Shown: in pieces, positions 39,020 to 51,634 of the stretch
Position numbering within the stretch: position 1 is the first letter of the stretch
Layout: each line of letters starts with the position of its first letter
NCBI GenBank assembly: GCA_000002435.2
Contig: CM018793.1
DNA from: Giardia intestinalis
Lineage: Eukaryota
Length of the DNA: 64,000 nucleotides
Reading direction: 5' to 3' (one strand)
The notes under the pieces: model-generated
What the model saw: only the letters and a program-made list of their open reading frames with translations
Told to the model about the DNA's origin: nothing
Databases searched by the model: none
Position numbers and translations under genes: made by a program

Positions 39020-42000
39020 GCACAGGCAAAAGGTTCTTTGTTGTGCAATACCTGTTTGTATTCAAAGGGATGTAAAGGCTTGAAGAGCTGCATAGTACAC
39101 AGGTCGGCCTCAGTGGCGTCCGGAATAATCCCCTTCAATTAGATACCCCTACCTACCTCGTCCAATGTGTCTTTCAATGCATAAACAGTTCTATACAATC
39201 CTTTGCCAATCACTATAGCCAGCTTAATCATCGGATCATCACTCGTTTCAGTTTTCTCAGACATTTTTAGTTGATACTCGATGAGCTGACCTAATTGGTA
39301 GTGCCAAAGGTAGCATGAAGTTTGTCTGCTTTGCATATGGAAGGATCTGTTATATCCTTACAGAATTTGGCAGTGCAATGTATAATTACCAACAAGGATC
39401 TGTAAAGCAAATAGTCACAAGTTTTGAAGGATTTAGCAAGACTAAAAGTCACTCTCAGACCTCAACTTGAGTATAAGTGATGATCCTATCGAGAACTAAA
39501 GGTCCATAAACGTAACGGAACAGGCGAATAGTCCGATAATTATTTCTTCTTGAAACGACAGATTTTTTCATGCTTCTAAGTGATTAAACTAAAGACAAAT
39601 TCTAGGCTAAATAAGAGCCCCGGAATCCCTTGAAGCATAAGCTATCCTATTACTGGGTTATTATAGAATCTAACTAACTCTAGTACTGTGGAATGGCAAC
39701 CAGGTTTAAAGTAAGGGAAGATCTATGTGCTTACAGACTTTAGGCCCACGGGATAGGGGTAGCAAATCATATATTTGAAGCTAATTGTTTGCCATCTTAT
39801 CTTCTAGCTGATTCACAGTAATGTGTATCCTTCGCACCGCAAATGGTTTCTAGTATCAAGAAAATGCATAGCAACTCTACCGGGCTACAGCTAAAATAAA
39901 GCAAGAAGCAAAGTCCACGGATATATGCCCAACTATACATAGTTATCATAATTGGCTAGGGCCTCGCGGATTACACAGTGCCTTTGCGATGTGCAAGATA
40001 ACATCGTATAGTAATGTGCACTCATCCATAAAGTAGCACGCATTATTTGTACATATTGATGTAGCAGGGCCTGGTATCTCCAATTATCCGGATAGCTTTC
40101 TAACTCGACTAGTAATAAGTTGCAATATCTTTATTCTTCGCCAAATGGCCAGCATTTTCTGAGGGTCTAGACCAGGAATAGTGAAGTCAGCATTCAATTG
40201 AGTACTTGTACACTGCACATAGGGTGGGTTGGTCTCTACGCATCCAAAGTTTGTAGCGGAAACTCATTGCGTAACTATCTAAGAATCCTATGCAAAATCG
40301 ATAGCTCTTAACGCAGATAGGCTATCTTTTCAAATCTACAAATCGCTAAGATCCCCTTTCTAAAATCTTCGACATCACAGACCCCATGCCAGGCAGCAAA
40401 CCTTGTGCTACATAATATGAGAGCCTCTAGGATGTGTAAACACCTGTGCGGCTACAGCGACGTATCTCCATTCACAGGTGCCAGTAGAACCGATGGACAC
40501 TGGTGAAGCATATCGGTGGGTGGAAGATGTAGTGAGTCAGGCATTCTGTATACTGTCATTCACCACAGCTCCCGTAGTGAGCCATGGGGAGCCTGAAGAC
40601 TGGTGCTCTATGGCGGCGTGAGTGTGGGTGGTGAGCCTAGAGCAGTCGCCGAATCGATGGTTTCGGGACAGCTTCTGTCATGAAGGATAATAGAACAGTG
40701 CAGCGAAGAACAGGTAACCCAAGTATCAAGAGATACACCTATAATGGCAACCAAGAGAAGTGCTATACATAGTTAGTGACCAATTCCCTTAGACAGGAAG
40801 CGGCAGATTATATGGCAGAAGAGAAGTGTTGTTACTGTCGGCCGATCAAGCATTCTAAGACATCGAAGCTGTGACGATGCATCTACCAGTGAGCTCCATC
40901 GTGCATTCTGAATGGCACGTTGCCCAACTAAGCTAGGGAAGTTCAGGAGATGACTACGCCCTTCTGTCATCGTATGTGCCCTTTGTGAACACATGTTTGA
41001 CCCAGCATCCTCTGGCACTCAGAGTAAACCCAAGTGCAAGCAGGGTCAGGCTCATTGAGGCACACCTGCTACGAGTAGCCCCTAGTGTTGGCCAGTCACA
41101 CCTGAGAGCGTATCTGTCTAGGAGAGCTCTATGTAGGGCGAGGAAGACCATCCTTCGCTGGTTGGCCGTGACTTGGAGCTCAGAACAGACAGGAAACTGA
41201 AGTGGTGGCTGGGCTATTGCTCCGCATCGTCTGTGCAGCCATGGCCAGGTCAGCCAGAAGGATGCCTCGATGTGCACATGATTGGCTTGTGTCTGAATAC
41301 TAAAAAAACTTGAGGCAGCCACCGCGCCCGCCACCCCCAGGACAGAGCTTCTGCACGTATGGCTAGCTCCCCTTGTCAGTTCAGTCTATTGGTCCAATAG
41401 TCTGGGAACCCTCTGCCCCGCTCTCTGGCGTACGATGTATCGCAACTGCTCATAGGGGTAAGCAGCATGAAAGAGGAATTGCATGTGTAGACAGCGTGTT
41501 ATGCCCGTCTCAGAGGACCGAGGTGTCTAACTACAGAGCGCTGCACCGAGCCATGCGCCCCACTGCCTTGCACTGGGGGCTGCCTCCACCACTGCACTTG
41601 CTACAACGGAGCTGTGTTGGCCCAGCAGATTAAGTAGATACTGCATCGACCCTATTTGACGATGTGTACACATCGCGTGATGTCCAATGGTGGAGCGGAC
41701 ACCGTGTGCCAAGGTGTCTGCTATTAACGAAAAACAGCACTTGGTTGCACCAGAGATGCTTCTGTGTAAGCATGGGGTCTTCACACCTGTCCCCTATCAG
41801 CTATAGTGCCAGCTGTATATCCAGAAAGGTCCTGCAGAGCACTCCACCGTCTTTCAAGGTGAGACATGGGCTCCACACCTATAGCTAGAAACAGAACTCT
41901 GTACACCAACTGTTGTGACCCTCGTGTGGTAACTGGCCTGTATCATAATCAACTTACTAAACATCTATACACTTGTCTGGATGCCCGTTGCTGGTTTTAG

Positions 42001-44161
42001 ACGGACCTGCGAAAAGGTTTGCCTTTGTCCGCATGACCTAGTGGTATCTAGTCTTGGTGACAGGCTTCAAGGAAGGAGGATGTTATTTGGGTACACAGAA
42101 GGCTACTCGTGTACAAAGATTCTCGGGAAGCAAATTTAGACAAAGAAGATGGAGAAAGCCAGGGAGCCCACTCTGTAATAGGATGACTAGGTATAGACCC
42201 ATTTACAATAGGGAAGCACGTGAGTCATTCTGGCTTCTAAACATGGAAAGATCGTGGAGTCTGCGGACGACTTGGAGGCTGATTTGATTTTGTGCATTTG
42301 TAGCGAGGCAGAGGCTTTTGAAGACCCACCTGTTCCGAAGTCGAGGGAGCTCGTTTCCTCTCCGTACGTGGCGCAAGACCCTATTGTAGAGGTATACGGT
42401 GCACACCAATATCAGTCAGCGTGTTTGCTACTCAGCAGTTCCTCAGTTGCGTCTTTCCGCAGTAGACGAGCCACCGGATGAGGCTCCCACAATCCACACG
42501 ATTAGCTTTATAGTGCTCTGTAGATGGCCATCCACCCTCACCAGGGGATGACTACATGCATTACGCAGTTTGAGGTACTTGGCAACCAAGGTGGCATAGT
42601 TAGCTCTTGCCCACTCAAGCTAGACCTCAACCACCTTGCCAACTACATTCCAAGTCACGGTGTTTATAGATGTCCACCTCAAGTCTGCAAGGTGCATCCC
42701 ACGACTGCACAGCGCGGATAGAACCCTTTACCTGCTATAAGAGGCGCCAACCAGTTTGCTGCATCTGGATATCCCTTGTGCGCCCAACGGAGACTTAATG
42801 GATCACATTGCTGTGCACACCAGCCTCTCTGCTCGCGAGCTGCTTTAAGGCTCTCTCATTGTCTCGCCTCCACATGGTTGTCAGACTACCAAGCACTTTG
42901 TAACGTCAGCTGATCACCCGAGATATCAAGCTTTCGTACAGCGGGTTGCTCAATGTGACACGAAATCTAGAGGGCACTGACTTTCTTAGCTTGCTGTCCA
43001 TATAGCACTATCATCAATCTTCAGTCCAGTTGACCAGCACACAGTCCGTTCTCTGGCCAGCCAACCGGGCCTAGTCTTGCTGGTAGACTTTCGAGCATAA
43101 GAGTATCCCCTGACAGCGGTGGCCACGCTGTGTGCCTTGCCCAAATGATCACTCTCGGCAATGGCTCCAGGACCTGGGCACCCCAGACCAGAGGGACGAC
43201 AACGGCCCAGTTCGTCTACGGCTCCACTATCCCTTAGTTAGCATGGAGTGTGGCAGCCCAGATAGCGCTGGCCGTCCGGTATCACCTTTTCTCCGGTGCG
43301 CGGGGGTAGCCCTCGTGTGAGAGGCGCTGTGATATGTTGGCTGGAGCCGGTCAGGCGAGCGGGACCACCGCTCTAGAAGTGCTGGCACATCATTGCGTGT
43401 CCGAAGGCGTGCCCACCTCAGTGGGACCATCCCAGATGAGGACGAACGGGTACCGGTTCCTTCAGAGGGGCCTGCGACCAGCGAGGGACAGTCTTTAAAG
43501 ACGATCGGCCGGCAGAACCTGCTTCAGTGGCATAGGAGTCGACAGGGGGCAGGCTTATCGACGGTCTGCGGTGCAACCAGGTTAAGTCGTATGACAGACG
43601 GACATCCATCCGTTCGCGGTGGGCATGTTGCGTGTCCCTAAGCAGAGGGGGCAGTCGTAGTGAGTCGCGATAGAACACGCAGCCATCCTCCACGGGGCAT
43701 CGCTCCTGCCGGGCCTCAATGTAGGACCTCGACAAGCAGTGTCTGAGGCATCTGCTTGTGATGACCCGTGGCTCGGGCTGCTGGGGATCGCACGGCCGGC
43801 TCCATCGGGTCGCTGGTCAGACATCCAGGAGAGCCTAGGAGTCCCTTGGCAGACCTTGTGACTGGCACAGCAGGAGAACTGGTCGCCAGGAGACCCTCAC
43901 ATCACAGCGAAGAGCGAGGCAGACCACTGTCTAGCAGTTACCATGCGATGCGCCTTGCAACACAGAGGAGGGGCCTGCACTGATCGATCCATCTCACAGC
44001 CAGCCAGTCACATGAAAGTCGAATCAGCACGACCCCACCTCTCAGTGCAGACCCATGCGGAGGGCCTTCCTTGCCAGTGCGTCATGTAGCACAGACAGAT
44101 GCCACGAAGGGGCGGACTAGTGAACAGAGCTGTCATGGCCTGTGTGACAGACGCTGGCACA

Positions 44162-45943
44162 ATGTTCTACGCAGTTTTGCTGATCGGCCTCATGCTCGAG
44201 ATGGCACGGGCAGCGCAAGCCGGAGACGAATGCGAAGAGGTAACTGGCAGCGAACCCAACACTTGCAAGGCCTGTAGCGCCGTCATCAACGGCAAGAAGT
44301 ACTGCTCGCAGTGCAACAGCGGTGGGTCTCAATCTGCCCCGACGGACGGCAAGTGCACAACAGACAACAACGAATGTAGCCAAAAACAAGATGGGAAGTG
44401 TACACAGTGCGCTAATAAATCCTTCATGTACAAGGGCGGATGCTACAAGGATAGCCAGGCACCTGGCAACACGATGTGTGAAACAGCAACTGATGGAGTG
44501 TGCACGCAGGCTAAGGCTGGGTACTTCCTACCACCCGATGCTGATAGAGATAATGCACACCAATCGGTCATACCATGTGGAGATGACACAGTAGTAACGC
44601 TTGGAAATAGCAAACAGTACAAGGGCGTACCGCACTGCACTCAGTGTGAGAAGCCCACAGAGGCAAGTGATACTACTACTGCCAAGGCTGCGACGTGCAC
44701 GGCTTGTGAGGACGGGTTCTTTGGGGCTACTTGTGAAGCATGCCAAGACGAGAATTGCGCTACGTGTGCCATGACAGGCAATAACAAGTGCAGTAAGTGT
44801 AAAGGAACTGGTACTAAGACATATCTGAAAGTGGACAGTGGCAGCACAGGCACGTGCGTCGAAGCATCTGGATGTACAGCGGCTACGTTTCCAAAGGTCG
44901 ATGAACAACAGGGAAACAAGTGCGCTGCATGTAATAGTGTGCCAGATGGTGGAATCGCTAATTGTGCGACGTGCAGTCTGCTCACTCAAGGATCTAGAGC
45001 CGCCCCTTTGGTCACATGCTTGACGTGTGAACAAAATAAGTATCTCACTCCAGAAAAGAATGCGTGCTTAGATACCTGCCCTGCTGGAATGTATGCCGTT
45101 AGTGGCGATAGCGGCAATGTTTGTACCCCCTGCCACGAGTCGTGCGCAAGCTGTAGCAATGACGCAGCAACGTCGTGCACGGCCTGCTATCCGGGGCATG
45201 TGCTGAGTCGGTCGTCTGGTGACGCAGGAACGTGCATAAAAGAGTGCACGGGAGACTTTATGGCCCACTGCAAGGCCGACGGCTGCTCACTGAACGTCGG
45301 AGGCTCGAAGTACTGCGATCAGTGCGAGGAGGGGTACGCCCCAGTCGACGGCGTCTGCACATCCATACCTGCAACAGCGAGAGATGCCTCCGGATGTAAG
45401 GCAAGTGGCGGGAAATGCACTGAGTGTGGGGCAAACTACGCTCTGTTATCGGGCGGATGCTACAACACACAGAAGCTTCCTGGTAGCTCTGTGTGTACGG
45501 CTGCACAGAATAAGGGACAATGCCAAACGTGTGCCAATGGACAAAGCCCAGCTGGAGGAAAATGTCCGGCGTGTACTGAAGGATGTGTGAAGTGTGCGGG
45601 TAGTAAGGAAACCTGCACAGATTGCTTAGCAGGGTATTACAAAGGTGCCGGTGATAAATGCTTCAAATGCACGGATAGTGATAAGGCTAGCTCTAATGCA
45701 ATAACTGGTGTAGAAAACTGCATAAGCTGTGCCCCGCCAGCTGGTGGCAATGGCCCTGTCACCTGTTACGTAACGCAACAAAAGGCTGACGATGGCACCG
45801 GCGGAGATACTGGAGGAGACAGCACGAACAAGAGCGGCCTCTCCACGGGCGCCATCGCGGGGATCTCCGTCGCTGTGGTCGCTGTCGTGGGGGGCCTCGT
45901 GGGCTTCCTCTGCTGGTGGTTCCTCTGCCGGGGGAAGGCGTGA
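44162..45943 (+). CDS. VSP, the paralog of 3538..5313. Its N-terminal ~90 aa differ and the rest is near-identical.
   Basis: It begins [41 protein letters not shown]..., whereas copy 1 begins [36 protein letters not shown].... From ...[15 protein letters not shown] onwards the sequence is identical except for about one substitution (KVDGGS versus KVDSGS). It ends CRGKA*. Confidence 0.85.
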   Translation: MFYAVLLIGLMLEMARAAQAGDECEEVTGSEPNTCKACSAVINGKKYCSQCNSGGSQSAPTDGKCTTDNNECSQKQDGKCTQCANKSFMYKGGCYKDSQAPGNTMCETATDGVCTQAKAGYFLPPDADRDNAHQSVIPCGDDTVVTLGNSKQYKGVPHCTQCEKPTEASDTTTAKAATCTACEDGFFGATCEACQDENCATCAMTGNNKCSKCKGTGTKTYLKVDSGSTGTCVEASGCTAATFPKVDEQQGNKCAACNSVPDGGIANCATCSLLTQGSRAAPLVTCLTCEQNKYLTPEKNACLDTCPAGMYAVSGDSGNVCTPCHESCASCSNDAATSCTACYPGHVLSRSSGDAGTCIKECTGDFMAHCKADGCSLNVGGSKYCDQCEEGYAPVDGVCTSIPATARDASGCKASGGKCTECGANYALLSGGCYNTQKLPGSSVCTAAQNKGQCQTCANGQSPAGGKCPACTEGCVKCAGSKETCTDCLAGYYKGAGDKCFKCTDSDKASSNAITGVENCISCAPPAGGNGPVTCYVTQQKADDGTGGDTGGDSTNKSGLSTGAIAGISVAVVAVVGGLVGFLCWWFLCRGKA

Positions 45944-45964
45944 CTTAGGTAGTGAATGCTGTAC

Positions 45965-46214
45965 AGTGATAGTGATAGTGCTATGTGGTGTGACATGCTC
46001 TGTGGGTGACTGCAAGAGCTGTGTGATGGATGATGTGTGTGGGGAGTGCAGCGATGGGTTCAGCATAGAGGGTGGCAGGTGTGTGTCTTCTGGCACCAAC
46101 AGGAGCGGGCTCAGCGCGGATGCCATCGCGGGGATCTCTGTGGCTGTCGTCGTCGTCGTCGGAGGGCTTGTCGGCTTCCTCTGCTGGTGGTTCGTGTGCA
46201 GAGGAAAAGCGTAG
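45965..46214 (+). pseudogene. VSP C-terminal fragment, the copy-2 equivalent of 5335..5584.
   Basis: The translation is identical (...[17 protein letters not shown]), followed by ACTTAGGTAGTAAAT. Confidence 0.6.
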
Positions 46215-46219
46215 ATGTA

Positions 46220-46765
46220 CTTAGGTAGTAAATACGTCACTGTATAAGCCTATCACTCCTGTTTCCAGGGCCTCGCCTGTAGGTGCATTCAAGGATCTCA
46301 CGGGCAATTCTTATTCAATTTCTGGCCGTCCGGAGATGAGGGTTGGTTTTGGATAACATAACGAGAGAGTCCTCTCCAGTGATATATCCAGAGCCTAGCG
46401 CCTTCCCCGGTCGCTCCGCAGGGGTGTGCTCAGACCGAATGCGTACTTCGGTCCTTTCGGGGTTCAGGCCTTCTTACGGACTCTCTGGTCCACCAATGGC
46501 GCCTCTTCTTGGTCTTCCTTCGTGGCGGGTGAAGCTCCGGTCGCTGTCTTTTTTAGATGCCCCGTCTGTCGGGGGCTGCCATCGGGCTCTCCGCTGGCTG
46601 GGCCCCTCGGTGTCCGTCCGGCTGTGTCCCGGGCAGCGCTCTACAGTCGCGGTCACGTAGGTCCCAGTGGGCCGGCTGGTGGGTGGGGCGGGGGTATGGG
46701 GCGGTGAGGCTGGAGGGGCTCTGGTGGGACCAGGTGGTGGGTGTTCGTATGTGCCCCTGAGCTCC
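46220..46765. repeat. Inverted-repeat arm A in copy 2.
   Basis: It is homologous to 5590..6140 but carries copy-specific indels. One example is 46621 gctgtgtcccgggcagcgctctacagtcg versus 5991 gctgtggttctgggcagtggtcccacagtcg. Confidence 0.7.
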
Positions 46766-48289
46766 TGATGAGTGGGGTGATCGCAGCTGTGGTGACTGGG
46801 GGCTGTCCATCTGTGACTCACCCCTCTGTGTGCTCGTGGTCTGTGAGTGCCTCCACCCAGACAACGCCTCAGGAGCCGTGCACACCGGGACAGAGAGGAT
46901 GACCAAGGGGGTCAAGCAGCCCCGCTACGAGAGATGAGAGTGCACAGCAACCAGCCTGATCTGCAGGGCTGCTCGAGCGATGTAGTGGTAGACGGCTCCC
47001 TCTGACAGCGACCCTGGTGACTGCACTGGCCTGCTCTCGAGGCTGAGTGACAGTGTGCACAGATGGACCTGAGTGCAGGAGGACCATCCACACACGAACA
47101 GACTGTGTAGACCCAGAGAGGACTGGAGTCTGCTCGGGACACGCTGACTGTGCCCCCATACGAGAGCACCAGGCAACCACCCGAGCACCCGAGAGGCAAC
47201 AACAGACACGGGCACCAGAGATCCCCAACCAGATACATTGCTACGCTCATCCACAGGGGCATCAGAGGACCAGGTGGGGTCACCCTCACAGTCAGGGCCT
47301 GATAGGAAGCCAGAGGACTCACGCAGCACAGTAGGTCCAAGGGAGGCACACTCCAGGCAGGTGAGCAGTGGCAGAGCCCTGACAGCTGCCAGCCCCCATG
47401 ACACCCAGGCAGGCACCAGACTCACCGAAGACTCCGCTGGCCTCGACTGTCTTCATTGATGACCCGAGGGGGCAGCAGCCAGAGGAGTGAGGAGGCCTTC
47501 GGACGCCACAAGAGGCCCGGCTGTCCAGCAGGCTACGAGGCAGACAGGTGACCTCTGAGCACCACCCAGGCACAGAGCCGACCATCAGAGTGATGCCCGA
47601 TCACAGAGATGATCACGAGCACCCTCCACTGCACTCTGAGGGGCTGTCAATCATCCCAGCTGCCTCTCATAGCAGACCTCCTTGGGGGCAGTGCAGTGGG
47701 TCCCAGCTCATGCAGGAGGGTGCACGCCCCTCGGCATAGGATGCCCCGGCTCTCCCCGAGGGGTCATCAGAGCCACGAGAGGTGTTAAGGTTAGTAGACC
47801 ACACCGGGAACTCCCGAGGGCACAGCAGGTGATGTTGGGTGATCCTCAGCGTGCTCCTCTCTGATGGTAGAGCATCCTGAGACCAAGGAGGCTCACCTCT
47901 GCCTACGGACGACACACAGCGCTCCACAACGAGGACCCACCAGGAGCAGCACAGCTGGTCACGGGGATAGTGCAGCCACCCGGTGCCCCACCATGCCAGT
48001 CTTCTGGGCCATCACACTAGAGGCACGAGAGAATCCATCCCATCCACAGGCTCATCCACACCCCTGCTGGCCCGAGGTGAACTACCGTCGAGGCACTGGA
48101 CAGGGCATGCCAGGGGCTCAGCAGATCCACACAGAGCATCAGCACAGAGCATCAGCGAGTAGCAGGAGAGGCTGCGATGGCCTGCCTCAACCCTCACGCA
48201 CCAGCCAGACAGAGAGGCAGTACTGCCCGAGACAAGGGGCCAAGGGAGGCGCTCAGTCAGGGGGACACGACACGATCGTCGGTGCCTGT

Positions 48290-48935
48290 GTCTTGGAGTG
48301 CAACGAAGGCTGGGGATCAGACACAACCACCTTAGCAAACAGAGCGGGGATCACCCACCACCCCACTGGCCCACTAGACCCAGGGACACATACGAACACC
48401 CACCACCTGGTCCCACCAGAGCCCCTCCAGCCTCACCGCCCCATACCCCCGCCCCACCCACCAGCCGGCCCACTGGGACCTACGTGACCGCGACTGTGGG
48501 ACCACTGCCCAGAACCACAGCCGGACGGACACCGAGGGGCCCAGCCAGCGGAGAGCCCGGTGGCAGCCCCTGACAGACGGGGCATCTAAAAAGGACAGCG
48601 ACCCGGGCTTCACCCACCGTGAAGGAAGACCAAGGAGAGGCGCCACTGGTGGACGATGTACATGGTGAGTAAGCGGAATCCCAGGCCGACTGAGCAAGCA
48701 TTCCCGGGTGTGCACACTCAGCTGAGCACACCCCTGCGGAGCGACCAGGGAAGGTGCCAGGTTTTAGATATACTAAAAGAGAGGAGCTCCTCGTTATATC
48801 ATCCACAACCAACCTTTGTCTCCGGACACGGCCAAAGGAGCGAGAATTTATTCGTGAGATTTCTGGATCGTACCTACAAGCACCCGGTAGCACATCCATA
48901 TAAGCTACATAAAGTAACGCGTTTACTACCTAAGT
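48290..48935. repeat. Inverted-repeat arm B in copy 2.
   Basis: It is homologous to 7640..8310 with several substitutions. Confidence 0.7.
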
Positions 48936-50168
48936 CTACGCCTTCCCCCTGCAGAGGAACCACCAGCAGAGGAAGCCCACGAGACCCCCCACAACGACGA
49001 TGACTGCGACGGAGATCCCCGCGATGGCGCCAGTGGAGAGCCCGCTCTTGTTCGTGCTACCACCGGCACTGTCACCGTTCATGAGGTAGCAGAGAACGGA
49101 GCCAGTACTAGACGATGGAGGAGCGCAGCTCATGCAGCCAGCAACTCCCTTGACACTTCCACTGTTGCTGTCACACGAAGTGCATGGTCCAGCTGCTGAT
49201 CCGACCATATAGTACCCAGCTGCGCATGACGTACACTGGTCAGAGCTATCTGCAGCTGAACATGTATTACAGGTTGAATGACACGAGGGGCATGCTCCAT
49301 CATTGGGCCGAAGACTATTAGCACATGTTTCGCACTTACCCCTGCTATCAGCTAATGTGCATATCTGTTTGCCTGGCTGCTTGGTAGTTTCATAGCAGCC
49401 GCCTTCCTTGAGGAAGTAGTTAGCGGCGCATTTGGTACATGCTCCATTATTCATTTCAGTACAGAAAGCTACTCGTGCGTTACTTGTTGTACAGACCCCG
49501 TTCAGAGGAGCCTGATTATCCACTGAGCACTGGGAGCAGTAGTCTGTCCCGCCGATCCTTGCCCCACAGACCTTACATCCGTTCTTGTCCGCCGTACACG
49601 CATCCCCGCAGGTGCCCCCTTGCACAGGATCACTACTTTTGTATATTAATGCCTTGCCAGCAGGACAAGCACTACACTGATTGTTGGCTGGCCCAACGCA
49701 CTCAGCGCACTCAGGGCTGCATGCCTTACACTTCCTGTCAGTATCTCCATAGTATCCGCTGATGGTCGTGCAGTCAGGTATGCACTGGTTTGTTGGAGTG
49801 AGATAATTGTTGTCATTACATTCAGTGCAGACCTCTCTGTCAGTCTTCGGGTTATCACAGGCCTTGCAGTTGGGAGTATTGCAGGCCCCTGCCTTCGGAA
49901 CACACGTGAGCCCGTCCTCTGACGGCTGGTACGTCTCCGTGCACGTGCAGATTCCTCCTGCCTCGTTTGCGTTATCGGGGCACTTCGCTATGCAGCCCTT
50001 TCCGTTCGGCTGGACCTTCTGTCCGACCGTCGCACAGCCCGTGCATGTCTGCTCGCCCCCAGGAGGCGTTGCGCACGTGCTACAGCCGGGTATCGGTGGG
50101 TCACAGGCCGTTTTCGGGCCGATTCCTGCTAGAACCGTTGTGCACACTAAAAGAATTACTGCCAACAT
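48936..50168 (-). CDS. VSP, the paralog of 8311..10638, with a single 73-aa repeat unit (410 aa).
   Basis: It has the same N-terminus, C-terminus and CRGKA tail. The difference of 365 aa equals 5 x 73. One substitution is seen outside the repeats (ACIKC versus ACTKC). Confidence 0.85.
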   Translation of the reverse strand: MLAVILLVCTTVLAGIGPKTACDPPIPGCSTCATPPGGEQTCTGCATVGQKVQPNGKGCIAKCPDNANEAGGICTCTETYQPSEDGLTCVPKAGACNTPNCKACDNPKTDREVCTECNDNNYLTPTNQCIPDCTTISGYYGDTDRKCKACSPECAECVGPANNQCSACPAGKALIYKSSDPVQGGTCGDACTADKNGCKVCGARIGGTDYCSQCSVDNQAPLNGVCTTSNARVAFCTEMNNGACTKCAANYFLKEGGCYETTKQPGKQICTLADSRGKCETCANSLRPNDGACPSCHSTCNTCSAADSSDQCTSCAAGYYMVGSAAGPCTSCDSNSGSVKGVAGCMSCAPPSSSTGSVLCYLMNGDSAGGSTNKSGLSTGAIAGISVAVIVVVGGLVGFLCWWFLCRGKA

Positions 50169-50429
50169 TAAGTTTAAGCTTACGCTCGATTATTATTCTC
50201 TTCAATTAAGCTTATAATTAATCCATAAGTTATAGACAAACCACTGTTACCTTTTGATAAATCAATTAGAATGGAAAAGAATAAAATCAAGAGCACACCT
50301 ACCAGAGGCCGGCTGATAGTGCGGTTCTCCCTGGCTTCAATAGAAACAGGATGAGTGAGGGCTAGACTCAGATCGTGCGTCCCTGCGGAAACTAATAATT
50401 GTTCAGAGATGCATTCCTATACATTGCTG

Positions 50430-50484
50430 TCAGTATGTTTGTCGACTTTTTTGCAGAGGCAAGGTGTAGATTTAGGTAGTAAAT
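50430..50484 (+). pseudogene. Degenerate VSP 3'-end relic, the copy-2 equivalent of 10890..10955.
   Basis: It has the same ...FCRGKV* + ATTTAGGTAGTAAAT arrangement. Confidence 0.35.
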
Positions 50485-51634
50485 GCGTTAACTGATATGT
50501 GCAGATCCCTCTGTGCCCAGCTCGGGCTCCTCAGTAGCATACCTGGATCTGATGGATAGAGAAGCACACCTACTATAAGCATCTCTTGCTGATGGCCTGT
50601 AACCACCTTTTACAGTCCAGTGTGCATCCTCTAGTGCTCCACTTCCCCCTGTGGCCAGTGTATCTCTAGGGCGAAGCAGACTCTTTTGAAAAGGTATTGA
50701 CCTAGCACCATGAAGGAGCGCGGGGCACTGCACTGGGCCCGTACACAGGTCAGAGGCCCGTAGTTGTAGGTCAGCAAGATCCCGGTGCGACGGTCGGGTG
50801 CTCGTCCATCAGAGCTCTCAGGATGGTGGCCAGGGGGCAGGAGCGACGCCTTTCTTGTCGGTCGCGACGCTGGTCAGTTGTCGATGCAAAATGTGCAAGG
50901 CCCCACAGGCGAGGAGCACAGAAGGGCACAGGGAGCGTAAGGCCACCAGCAACTCGTAACTTTTTATATCTTGGTGGCCGGTCTCAGCACTTCGTAGGTG
51001 CAGATATGAGAAGCTGGGCCGAGTGATCTGCTGGTGGAGGGGCCGACACACACTTCTCTAAGGGTTCTGCCATGGGTGACGACGATGGTAGGCCGCACCA
51101 CTGCAGGACCGACGCACGCCAGAAATAGATGAAAGGCTCGCAAGCAGGTGCAGACTGGAGCGCCAGCCGCTGGCCGGATCACCCGCACAGGCACGCTCTG
51201 GTTACTTCAATAGATGGTTCAGTGGCACCTTAACGGAAAACACTGCTGCGCTCCACTTGCTGGCCATTTGAGGCACGCAGGTTCGATTGGTCCCAGGGCC
51301 ACCGCTAAGCGTGGCATGACAGGCTATCTCCCAACATCGGGCGGCGGTAAGACTCACGCCTACTTTTAGCCAACTGAGCTCGAAGCAATCCATGCCCTTG
51401 CGGGTCCATACTGGCGTGGTCTGTACAGCTATGCGCAGTGATGCATAACAGACCTCGGAACCGTAGACACCCTGGGCGCGCCCCTTGCTGCGCAGGGCCA
51501 GGGACGCCGGGCGTTTTTAGGCTGTCTACCTGGATAGGGTTGTATTCTGGAATGAATAGTAAAATGAAACGCGCTCCAGCGTTCATGCTTAATCGAAGCA
51601 TAATACATCACTCCAATAAATTGAATGCAAGATC

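Larger units (their letters stand above)
40624..51511. repeat. Segmental duplication, copy 2 (direct repeat of 1..11981).
   Basis: This is the same gene set: VSP on +, VSP tail fragment, inverted-repeat spacer, and VSP on -. The left boundary is not resolvable because the window starts inside copy 1. The right boundary is at 51511. Confidence 0.9.
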
